Shown in pieces: positions 13,640 to 25,900 of a stretch of DNA of 64,000 nt; position 1 is the first letter of the stretch, and every line of letters starts with the position of its first letter. Source of the stretch: Saccostrea cucullata (lineage: Eukaryota); the NCBI RefSeq assembly GCF_032062105.1, contig NW_026928083.1, positions 186,001 to 250,000 on the forward strand, given 5' to 3'. The position numbers and the translations under genes are program-made. The notes beneath the pieces are model-generated. The model searched no databases. It worked only from the letters and a program-made list of their open reading frames with translations, and had not been told where the DNA came from.

Positions 13640-16600
13640 ATGAAGAAAAGCATGTTTTCAAACCATGTTTCAAGAAGAGACCTTTTTCTGTATGGTGGAC
13701 ACAAAAGGTATAATTCTGCTTTTTAGTTATTACACTGTTATTGATTACCAAGTTAATTTCCAACTGCTTATTTTACTAAGTGTGTGAAGCTTATATTAAG
13801 TTAGCCTAATTAAGATAGTAAAACACATTTCCAGAAAGTCAAAAAATCAAGTTTTAATGATTAATATAACTATTTATAATTCATGAACCCATTCTCTGAT
13901 TTTGGGATTATTGGGTTATGAATTTTTAAAGTTGCTTGAAGTGCTTTATTTTTTGATAAGTTACTTGTGTCTCAGAGTCTTTATTTTACATTAACAGTCA
14001 GAAGAATGATAAGTCCAGCTTCCAGCAGATCTCCACTCAGTCACAAGAATTTTCACAGGGACTGGAGGGATTCAACTTGAGCAATGGTTCATCTGAGGTA
14101 GAGGTCAATAATGAACGAAAAATTAAAAAGTTATAATTTGAAGAAAATAAGAAGTCTTTGAGTTGGAGTCATTGGAGAAAAATATTTATTGTTGATATCA
14201 TATATGAAAAAAGCATCTATAGATGATATTTTTGAGAGTACATCAAAAATCACTTTTATTTTCTATTGAATCAATAGTAAATTATACATATATTGGGCAA
14301 ATTTTTGGAGCAGTTTGAGGTGCATAGATCAGCTCTGATAGGAAATCCTCACGCTCATTGGACTATGACATAACAACTACGTCACTCAACTGATAAGGGT
14401 TAAATTTGCACACTATTCGACTGATTAGGGTTAGTCTTGCACCCTCCTGAGAGATAAGGGTTAGTCCTCTCTGTATGAAGCCTATTAGGGTTAGTCTTGC
14501 GCCTATCCGAGAGATTAGGGTTAGTCCTCGCACATTATTCGACAGATAAGGGTTAGTTTAGCATCTGCCCTGGAGATTTCGTCTGAACGTCTTAGTCCTT
14601 GCATACCATACGATGGATTAGGGTTAGTGAATCCTTCTTTTAGTTAAATTAAGAAATTAAGTTGTTTCTGTAATTTTTTCAAGATCATAATTCAGATTCA
14701 TAGGCATTTCCTTCGTTTGTTCACATGGCTAAGTCCGAAAGAAATGACACTAAGCATGCGCCGCATGCGCTTCGTTCAGAATTATTCTTTGTCGATTTTT
14801 TCCATGAATAAACAACTTTTTATTAATTTTTTTCAGAGAACAAGGTTAAAAACTTTGTTTAAAAACAAAGTTTTAAACTAAACTTATAATTAAACTTTTA
14901 ATTCAATTTTGGGGTCAAAAGGCCAAAAAACCTCGTATTTAAAATTTTTTTCGATCGCTCACGCGATCTCATATATACTGAAGTCGCCTTTGGCGACACT
15001 ACATTTTAGCGCGTTTTTCTGGGGACCGGTAAAGTAAAGTTGTTCCGTAAATTGTACATTATAATATTGGGCAAATTTTTGGAGCGGTTTGAGGTGCATA
15101 GATCAGCTCCGTTAGGAAACCACTGAAATATATATATCATATTTTAATAGCAGTTGTCCCAAGGAAGGAAAATGTTTGACAGTTACAACACACCACAGAG
15201 TAGCAGTAACAAGAACCTGGCCTCTCTGATGAAGCCTATCTCCAGTGTGTCTTCAGCCCCAGGGCGCCCAAAGTTCCAACAGCAATACCAGAACAACAGA
15301 CTCAAAGCAAAGGAAAATGAAGACAGGTAAATAAAATTATTACAAGGGGAAAAGAGCAGTTAAGTCTAGATCTTACGGCATAGCTATTTATTGTGTTTGA
15401 GTGAACCTCAGAAAAGCCATGATGATCTTGAATGTTAAAAAATTAAACTTTTAATTAAATTTTCATACGTTTAAGCCTCTTTCTGAGTTAAAATGATTTC
15501 TGACCGATTTAATTTTCAGAGAGCTGATGCAGGCAATATCGCACACTGTTAGAGAATGCTCAGAAGAGGTTAGTACATTAAGACATCAAATCATTTTTTC
15601 AGGATGTCTTGGTTGCTAAATATTTGTATGTCCTTCCTTTATCATTATATAAAACAGAAATTATGAAATGTATTTAGGTTCAAAATGCCATGAAAGTCAT
15701 ACCAGAACACTTGGGAGAACACATGCAAATGTTTGGAGATTCCTTAACAAAACTGATCAATGACAGTGAGTATAAAAATATATATGAAAGTGCAGGACAA
15801 TTAACATTTTAAATGTGCAGTAAGAGGCAGATCATTCAGGTGAATGACACCTCATGCTTTCTGTAATGAGGAATAAATTTTTCAAATTTCCCAAAATTTC
15901 CAATTTAAATCCCATGTTTATGCATTAATCTTTTGAAAACAGATCTGCAAGAGCAGTTTGAAAATATCATCCTGACTTTTCAAGATCAAAAAGATGCTAG
16001 GCAGCAGATTGGTGAAATGAAAGGAATCATAGAAGAGGTAAATTTGTCTTAATCAAGGAGAGTAGCCATGGGGTCAAACCGTCAAAGGTGTTCAATGCAA
16101 ATATTTGTGAAGCAAAATAAGTAACTGTTTCATGTCAAAAGCTTGCAGAATATATATCTTAGTGCATGTATGTATATAAAAAAAGAGACATGTTTCATTA
16201 TCCAAATTTTCTGCAATTAGAAACAAGCACAGATAGATGACCTCCAGAAACAGTTGGATCACCATCAGAAAGCCGGGTGTCAGCAGTCAGTGGAGAAAGT
16301 GACCGATGTCATTCACAAGAGCCGGGATCACGTGGACAGACAGCTCCTGACTCTGATAGACAGCAACCAGGCCATCACAGAGAACCAGCACAGGATACTA
16401 CAGGGGCAGGAGAACCAGCTGAATGTCGGGAACCAGAATCACAGCCAACTACAACAGAGACTGGATAACATGCCAACGAACATCGGGAAAAACAGCAGGT
16501 ACATTTGTTTACAATAAAATAAAGTAAATTGAACTTTAGATTACTGTGTCAGTGATAATGGTTGCGGCAATAGGTACAAGAACTTTTTCAATTAAGATAT

Positions 16601-18761
16601 TGAACAAACCAATAATAAAAAGACTAAAGAACCAATAAATTTTACATCAGATGATACCTGATTACACTATATGAGAAATCTGTAGAAGTTAGGTTAGAGT
16701 TTGAGTGAGATGAAAGAATTTAATTTTTTTATAATTGCAGTTTTGCAGAAGAAATAAAATGTATAAGAAGAGAATTAGAAATCCAGAAGATGGAGGCTCT
16801 AGAATTCTTTCAAGATTTGTTCACGAAGAGCAGTGATGAGCAGACCAGAGACATTAGCAAACAAATAGAGAGTGAAGTAAGCCGATCCACCAAAACCATC
16901 TGTAATACCTCTAACAGTGTGGCCAACATCCAGAGAGATTTCCTTCATGATACAATGAAAGAGCAGCAAGAAGAGCTGAAGGCCTTCCTGAAATCTGAAC
17001 TACAGAGGGCACACAGAAACCAGTCCAGCAGGGAATCTGTGGACTCCTTCCATGCAAAGCACAGAGATTACACAGAGACCTATAATGATAGGAAATGTAG
17101 ATCTCCTGCCCCAGTACAAACCGGGAGAGAGCCAGTTGGTTTTGTTCAGAAAGAGAGCAAAGAAATCAGACAGCAGGACCCTCAACAAATTCAGTTTTAT
17201 GACAATCCACACAAAGAAACCAGTTCTGTGTTCAAGTCTGAAAGGAAACAAAAGTCTACCCAACACGATTTTATGTCTCCTGACACAAACGGAAATCATA
17301 GTCAAAGCAAAGCGTTTTTCCAAAGACCAAACCCATCTCCTGTTGCCACAGTTCTACCACAGCCCCAGGAGAAAGGCCAGTCCCAGGGGAGGGGCCAGTC
17401 CAGAATTGGGAAGGAATCCCAGGAAAACTACCAGGCAGGGGACAGAGGTCAAATGACTCAAGGAAGAGCAGACAGGAAAAATGACAAGTTTAGAAACATG
17501 GCACCCAAAAGGAGATCGCAGAGGATTGCAGAATTTTCACAAAATTCGGAAAGCAGTTCAGAAAACATCCCTGTCAACAGTATTCCTGTATATGCCTCTC
17601 AGAACTGTTTTGATAGTCAACAATTGTCATGTTCTTCAAATGAATCACAAGATGACATTATTTCATCTTATGCCAAGAAACCACGATATAATACACAGAA
17701 CCATGAATGTCACACTAGCTTGTCAAAGAATTTTGCTCTTTCTGCTGATGGTCACCTTCCAAGGCAACATACTTATAACTATGGAACAGTGAGACCAAAT
17801 GTCAGAACTCCATTAAAGAAGTTTGGTAAAGATGCTGATGTTTTCCAATTTTCTGAAGAAAATTCAAACTTTCCTAAAACTGGACTTGGAAATCCCATCT
17901 CTAGAATGAATAAAAGAGAAAAACTGGTGGAAAATGATACAGAAGTGGTAAGTTAACCGCTAGGATCACAACTTCTGTAGTGAAATTTTCTATCGAGGCT
18001 TGCATAAAAAATGATACCATAGTTTGTCATTGCCATTTTCAGAGAGGTACATGAAACTTTTCTAGCTCTAGATTAATGAAAAACTGCAGTTGGATATAAT
18101 CAGTAACATGTTAACCTCCTCATCTTGTAACTGGTTAAAATTTATGATTTAATAATATGGAGGAATGATTGATTTTTCAGTCTGAAGAGAGCAGAGACTC
18201 CTCCCCTTCAGTGTCCATCACTAAAATCATGATCAAAAGGAAATCTCGCCGAGATTCACCCGCCTCGTCCGTCTTCAGCAACTTCAGGACATGTACATGT
18301 TTATCTACTTCAATATGTTGTCAAATACTACAATATGTTGTCAAATACTATAATATAATGTAGTTAAAGCATTAAGCCATTAACTTTGCTAATTTTTAAG
18401 TAGAAAAAAAAGAGAAAATATACGAAATAAAATGGGGTTACCTCAAAAATATGTTTTGCAGACTCCCATTCCAAGGCCAAACCTATCACTTCTACTCCAG
18501 GATACCAGCCATCTGAAAGTGGATGGAAAGTGAACAGAGGGGTAAATGCCTTTTGAGAATTACTTCTTTAACTAAGATATTTTCATATTATAAAAATTCA
18601 TTTATAAACCATGCATTCATTTAGTTTTATCTCTGACAAATTTGTAAACGTAGGACATTCTGACTAAGAGACAGGAGAGTTATAAGAGGAACCTGATGCA
18701 GGTCGATGATGATCTACTAGAGTTGTCCCATAGGATCCAGAACCAGCTCAAAAGGAGGTGA
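13640..18761 (+). CDS. IHO1: IHO1/CCDC36-like (Mer2/Rec15/PRD3 family) meiotic double-strand-break axis protein, ~786 aa; exons 13640-13707, 13998-14097, 15151-15326, 15520-15568, 15678-15765, 15943-16037, 16221-16498, 16741-17947, 18181-18292, 18462-18541, 18654-18761
   Basis: Eleven GT-AG exons join in frame (2361 nt). SQ/TQ-rich N-terminus, then a coiled coil GRPKFQQQYQNNRLKAKENEDRELMQAISHTVRE..VQ..EHL...Q..DSL..LQEQ..QD..IGEMK..EEKQ that lines up with the human IHO1 coiled coil as I recall it (..EQFEEKKKRAKDKCDSETL..VRES..LQ..DHL..Q..DSL..LQE..QDK..ILEMK..EARQ), then a long disordered tail. The start exon and the exon 9 donor are less certain. Confidence 0.75.
14290..15119. mobile_element. 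Unclassified 830-bp insertion bounded by 56-bp direct repeats, in IHO1 intron 2
   Basis: atattgggcaaatttttggagc(a/g)gtttgaggtgcatagatcagctc(t/c)g(a/t)taggaaa at 14290-14345 and 15064-15119 (3 mismatches). Internal hairpin gtcgcc-ttt-ggcgac (14983-14997). Confidence 0.6.
14392..14628. repeat. ~30-bp minisatellite with conserved telomere-like core GAT(T/A)AGGGTTAGT and variable remainder (7 cores plus 1 degenerate)
   Basis: Units start at 14392, 14423, 14453, 14483, 14513, 14545, (14575), 14616. Confidence 0.9.
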
Positions 18762-19931
18762 TTGAAATACTGGAGTGGTCCCATAGAATACAGAAATACT
18801 CGAAAGGAATACAGTCCCAAGTTCGGAAATCAGCTCAAAAGAGATGATGAAATATACACGTACTGACAATATGTTAGTTTTACCTTGAAATACATGAATT
18901 TATTGAAAAGTTTATATTGTTAAAACAGACTACACGGAAAATGAAAAAAATTGTTTGTGTGATTGTGTGTGTGTGTTACTTTTTTTACTTCCATATATAA
19001 ATAACACGGAACTGTGATATTCAATTGAATTTCATACAGTTTTTTTTTCTCAAGGAGAGCTTAAGCATCTTCATATGTTACAGGACTAAAAGACATGTAC
19101 ATGTGTGAGCCATATGTATATCTAGAACGATGCAATGTGTGTGCAATACTCCTCTGTATTAATTTGATCAATTTTCATTATTACTTTGTTGTTATTTTTT
19201 TTTAACAATGGTGGATCCATGATCATCAAAGCTGATGCCTGTGATATTGTTTTATGACGTGTAAACAATGTGTTGGAACTGTGATAGTTTTAAAAACATG
19301 CCAAGTACATGATGGTTTTCTTGTTTTGATTCATGTAAATACAAGGTGACGAAAAAGATGTTAATTTTCTTTGTTATATTATTGTTTTGATTGTATTCCA
19401 TTAAAAGTTACTGTTAAATGTTTAAATTCGTGTTTGTTTTTTCTAATTTTTAAAATGCTTTATATATAAGAGTTTGCAAAACCATTTGATGCATTTTAGA
19501 AAATGTGACTTTGTAGCCTGGTTTTTATATTTGTGGACAAGAGGTGCCATCAAATTGCAAGTAAACAGCCACCACAAATCTAATGATTACATGGTATTCT
19601 TTTATACACATGTATATTAGAACCTTTTGTTCTGTTCCTTGACCATTAAATCAAAAGTTCACAATATATCATTTAATCATTCAGATTTTTTGCATTTATC
19701 AATAAAAAAAAATTATTTTACAAAAATAAAACTTCTCGGTAAAGTATGAGAGGTAACCTTTAACCATCAAAATGATTTTCTTAAAATGGCAATTCTTGAA
19801 GGTAATCCTGGCATTGTGAATCAAAGCCTCTTCCTTTCATAAATTAACAAAAATAATCTCTTGATCTGTAGTTTAAAATTTTATTATAAAAGAAAATTAT
19901 GAGTGACAAGATTTTTTTTAATAAGACAGAA

Positions 19932-22900
19932 TCAGTAATCAAACTCTTCATGAATATCCCCTACAAATTCACATATATGATCATAACTAATGTTTAGAAC
20001 ACTGTCCCGGTCTTGTAATAACTGCACAGCAGCTGTAGATTTCTTCTTGTTCCTCGACATTAATTCTCCTAACTGAAAGAAGAGGGAAAATAAAACATTT
20101 AAGAGCAAAACTCAACACATTACTAACCAAATTAAGTATTAAACTTCAACAAATTGTAATTGTTCAGTTTTGAAATTCAGCCAGGAAGTTTTAGATCTTT
20201 ATTTAAAGAAAGAAATCTCTTGAGGAAAAAGAATTTAAATCATATTTAAAGAAAGAAATCTCTTGAGGAAAAAGAATTTAAATCAAACACATCACATTTT
20301 AAGGGAGATAACACTGTGAATCATTACCTGTCCTCTAGATTTTCCTGACACGATCAATACAAAGGCCCTGTCTGATTTAGGAATGACTGTTTCTAACTGA
20401 AGCTGAGAAAGACCTGAAAACAAGAAATGAAATTTGTAAAAACTGCCTGTATGATTAGTAAATTATAGGCTTATAGCTTATTAATAAGGAAACATTGAAT
20501 AATGAATGTATTGGAATACTGGGGTTTAAAATTGGATATATTTTACAATCACATAAGTATAAACAGAAAGGCAAATATATATGTGTAAAAATTTCTGAAT
20601 TACATATATATTTTTTATACACTGTTTTTATTAACTAACCTTCCAAAACTTTTCCATCTTCTGTTTTACATATACAGTTTTCTGGGCCTGGCACATCTAA
20701 CACTGTCACCTATAAAAAAAAATAATGCATCTGATTTTTAATAGACTTAAAAAACCAGTTTCATATCAAGATTTTCATTAAAGTTGTTTTACATTCCATA
20801 GAAACTTGTTCATACATGTTCCAACTTCCTACAATTGATTATGGCTTTCTTTATTTAAAAAATATCAGAATAAAATATAAAGTGTTCGAAAAATGTACCT
20901 TGCTTTTAAAATAGTTTCCTTTCTTATAATTCTTGTCAATAATTCGGACCCTGATTTGTGGACGCACCCAGATTTCTGAAAATGACTGTGAACTGGAAAC
21001 TTGCTTCTCCCTGTGAAAACAAATTAAAATTAAAACAACATTTTTTGTAATAATACAAAATTTGAATTACCAACAGACAATTCTCAATGAAATTAAAAAA
21101 AAAATTAAAATACATGAACTTGTTCGCAATACAAAATTTCATAACAGAGACAACTTACATGTATTATAATTGCAATATGAGATATATCTCTCATACTAGC
21201 AATATAAAGTCTAAATGATACGGAGTAAAAATTCCTGAAACCCTACAGATTTCCTTACCTGTCCTCATAATCGTGAGCCCTCTTGTCCTCATAATCTCGA
21301 GTCCTCCTGTCCTCCCGCTGAGATTTCTCCTCCTCCTGTAGTCTCCTCTCTCCATTCCTCTCCTCCCTCTCACGAGATCTGTCTCTGTTCTCTTTCCTTC
21401 TGTCACCCTTCTCATGTCTGTGTGACCTTTCCTTTGACCTTGACCGTTCTCTGTGTGACCTGTCTTTTGACCTTGACCTATGTCTGTGTGACTTTTTGTG
21501 AGATCTTTCTCGTGACCTTGACCTGGACCGTTTCCTTGAGCGATTCTTTAGACTTCCTTTTTCTTTGTACTCATCAGCTTTTCCTTTGTCTGGAATGAGA
21601 AAAAAAAATACTCACACTTAAGAAAGATAATTCTTCATTATTCTCACAAAATACATTGGTTACCTATGTGGCTTTTGCCTGAACTATTTCTTGTGAATGA
21701 ATATATAGTCAGACCTGGTAGATGCTATAATTGGGAGTTGAACTATGTTCAGACTCCCTAGCGCAGTAATTTTACAATGAATTATATAGCGGTCATTGTG
21801 GTGTTTCTGTGTCGCCCAATTTACTCCCCTGTGATATTCAATACAAACTCGTACCAGTCTATATAAACTCGAAGAAACTTCCGCAATAAAAATAGTCCAT
21901 CTCATTTTTCTGAATTAATCTAATTTTCGTAAATGATTTGAAAGTAAATGAAATAGAATTTTATTAAACTTAATTTGAATAGCATGTTTTTGTCATCTTT
22001 CTTGAGAAATGACACATAAATTTTGATTTCCGTATGAAAAAAAAGTCCCAGTTTTCCGACATTTATCATTCGGCAATCCTCGGCTGACTCCACTACGCTT
22101 CTTTACAAAAAGTGCTAGGTCATCCAAGGAGCAACAACTGGTCTAACTGGTTTGACAATAACACGATTGTCTAAATATAGAAACGTAAACAAAGAACGTT
22201 AAGGTTTAACCAAACTTCTTTCAATTTGTTTCAGCAATAAAGAGACAGAACAACGTTTCTTTTTTTAAAAAAACACTGCGGAAAATATTTATTTGCTCTG
22301 ACAAGTAAAATGATCTGTTAGACTGGAAAATTTTCGTCAGATCAGATACATGCAACTCATTTTTTACGTTGGTAAAGGGAAAAAATAATAGCATTAAAGT
22401 TTGTTGACATTCGATCACACAGTTTAAAATGACATTAATTTTGCATCCTTAATTTCATGAATTTATCAGCATTCAGTTGGTCACGTGTACAACACCAAAT
22501 CTGAACTTGAAAAATGTGTGTGTACTTGTATTGCAGTATTACCTTATAAAATGTATCATTTGATTTTATTATATAATAATTAAAATAGTTAAGATTAATG
22601 AATACATGCGTATGCACAGACACAATGGTATGATAATCCCAATGATCGATATGTGAGAAAGATCGTTCCTCATGATTACAACTATTTTTTTCTTGTAGTA
22701 GCTCGTTAAAATATGTCTGATTTTTAATTACGTTTGAATCAAATCAAAATCACAAACTTTAAGTCTCACTCGCGTGGCGCAATTGTTAAAATAGTTTGCT
22801 CTAGAGATTCAACGTAATGTGTTAATTGATCCTTACGTCGCAGGTTCGAATCCTGTGGGATGCATTTGGAGATAAACTCTTTTGATGAGACAATATAAAC

Positions 22901-25900
22901 CGAAATCCCATGTTGCAGTATGTGCTTGCACAAAATGATTCCTCACTACTCAATGGTTTTGAGAGCCGTGTATAGGTAAAAAATTGTAGACTTACATGTA
23001 GCGAAGTGTTTCAATATGATTGAAAAATTATCGAACGTAAAACAAACAAAATGTAAAGTATTCAGACATACTTACTTCTATATAGATATTACTTGAAATG
23101 AAATTTAAAATTATGGAATAACAAAACTTGATGATTAAGTTATAAAGATAGATACATTTCATAAAATAGATAAGCATGGAGTTCTATAAAAATTAATTAT
23201 TGTGTCTGAAAAGAAACATTCATACCCAAAAGAGAATAGAAAATACTTGTTTTAATCAGAGAAAGAAAAATGACAATCTAGTGTCTGGTGATGGTAACAT
23301 CGAATATAAAGAGTGTTTGTTTGTTTGTTTGTTTCTTGGGACCAAATATCTTGTACACATTCCAAAGAGAGTAGGGGGCATTTTGATTCAAATGTTTCAG
23401 AAATATAAGGGTAGTGTTTGAGTTTTAGTAATAAATGGTACTGAAAGAAGTTTAAAACCTAACAACAAAAATAGTATTTTCGAGTTTGAAAATTATTTTT
23501 TTTGGTGATGGGGGTTGTTTGTTTGGTTTGGTCAAATTGCTGAGGTAAGAATTAGAAAGAATTAATCCAGAACTAAACTTAACTGTTCGTGCTCAATAAA
23601 TATACAGTTTTTTCAATGGATAGCACTATAGCTCTCCGGTCTGTCAATTTTTTTTTCGGAGAGCTACAATTCTGCAGCTAATTTAAGAGCAGTCCCATGA
23701 TCTTGGCTATTTAAATGCAATAGAATTCATTTTTAATGTTTCGTTTTGTATCTCTAACAAATCAGTTCTAGCTGACTTGAATCTGAATGCATGAAGATGT
23801 TCCTGTACTTCCTGTGAGATCTTTCAGATAACAATGTTCAACTCCCATGAGTACTTTCAGTACTTTGATTTTTTTTAATTCACTAGAAACTTTGGAAAAA
23901 TAATTGATAGTTCCTTATTACACTTGAAACAAGAGATGTTTGTGAAACACTTACACCCCCCCCCCCCTACTTGGACATACATGTGAAGAAAATGAACAGA
24001 AACCGCAACTTATTGAAATTTTTATAAGTCCAAGGGGCATAACTCTGTCAAAAATTGCTCAATCTAATCCAAAACAGAACCTAACCTAAATATTCTTTTG
24101 ATAGGAAGATAAGTTTAAGATATTCTTGTATACCAAATTTCTTTTCAGTATGTGCAACTTCTGCGAAGACAATGGATGGAAACTGTTGGTGGACCAGCCG
24201 ACAGCAGCAAAGCAACATGCCCTCCCTTCTTCAAAGGAGGGAATCAAAAGTAGATGTATGTACACGTACTACATTAGGTCAAGAGATTAAACTTTCAAAG
24301 ATTGTCAAATACATGTATTCTATTTACTTTTCAGGTACTTGTTATATAAATACTGAGGTACTTGGAGTACTTTTCGTACTCTTTTTTCCTGACCAGCCTG
24401 ATGTCGTAGTGACTCCGGGTGATGATTTTACTGAGGTACTTGTTATATATAGTACTTACTAAGGTACTTGGAGTACTTTTCGTACTCTTTCTTCCTGACC
24501 AGCCTGATACCGTACTGACTCTGGGTGACGATGTTACCAGACAGGGTCAGCTTGACCATCACGCGGGCATTATCCTCATCCAGGCCCTCAATCTAAAAAA
24601 CAATCGCATCAAAATATAAAATCTTAATCAGTAGACTCACACGACATTAATACTAATCCATAACCTCAATCTACAAAACATGTCACATAAAATTCTTTAA
24701 TTTTAATCATTAGACTCAAAGGACAATCTTTAAATCAAGTAAAAAAGTTATCTGAATCAAAGTACCGTATATCAATAGTAATACAGTATACAAGATTTTG
24801 TTTACATTTTCTGAATTTACAACATTAGCCTAGCATATTTGTACAATTTCACAAAGTTGTTTAAATGTTAAATCTTGCAGAAAAGAAAAACACAAAAAAT
24901 ACCTTCTTAGAAGTCCAAAAACATTATAAAGTCAGCATTTCAAACAACTTTAAAGATTCAGTGGTTGCGCGGGTATGTTAAGGAAGCATATAAGTAATTT
25001 CTCGGGAAATTTAGACTTTTTGAAGAAAATTTAGTTTAATAAATTACCAAAGCCACTGATAAACGTAAACTGTCATTTACTTTTGCATACAGACAAAAGC
25101 GTGTCTAACGCAAAGACGTGCATCACCGCCACGGCATCACGTGACTTCTATTAATAGCAAAATTTTCCTTAATAAAAAGGCTAACAGAACAACAATACCC
25201 CGGAGTTTGATAATTTCTTTGAGTATGCAATATAGCTGAAAAACATCTATTTTGTCTAAAAAGTGCTGCTAGAATCCCACTATCTTGTCTGTAAAATATT
25301 TATTCCACACATTCGCACGAAACCTTACCCTTTGTTTTGAATTTTATATATATGAATCGAGATTTTTCGTACAACCATGCTTAACTCGGGATTCTAGCAG
25401 CACTTTCCAAGTTTGTCAAAATGCAAACTTTCAATCTGTACAAATCGTATGTTTTAAAATATCCAGCTTATTGTTGTTCTGTTGCAATTTTTGGTCAAGA
25501 ATGACGGACGATAGGCCGACCGAGATACGTAATATAGCTGACTGTCTTCAAAAGAGAATATAATCGATGAAAATAAATTAGCATACCTGTTTAATTAATT
25601 GACCTCCATATGAATTTAACACAATATTTCCGATATTTTCTTTTAAACTCCATTTTATGTATCTTTGAACATGACGTCTTAGCCAAATTCTCTTTACACG
25701 ACATGATCAATTCCCAAGTTACTTGAAGTACACATATGACGTCATCGGTGGTAGATTTCAATCATAATGACTGTTACAGCATAACAAAATAAAAACATTT
25801 TATTTTTGTTAATGTTTACACCTTTCTAATCATTTTCTAGAGTTAAATTACATAGCTAAGTACCAATATTACGAAAACCTGATTTCTAAACTTGACGTCA

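Noticed and set aside
14330-14350. Hammerhead ribozyme in the 56-bp direct repeat (ctgataggaaa)
   Set aside because: The core is not CTGANGA, there is no stem II, and the second copy lacks ctga.
14392-14628. CRISPR array or true telomere
   Set aside because: Eukaryotic intron with no cas genes. The 'spacers' are homologous to each other (cacactattcgac / cacattattcgac), and TTAGGG is not tandemly repeated. Kept as a minisatellite.
21191-21415. 74-aa Arg-rich ORF in the track
   Set aside because: Wrong frame of GPKOW exon 7; splice phases select the RS frame.
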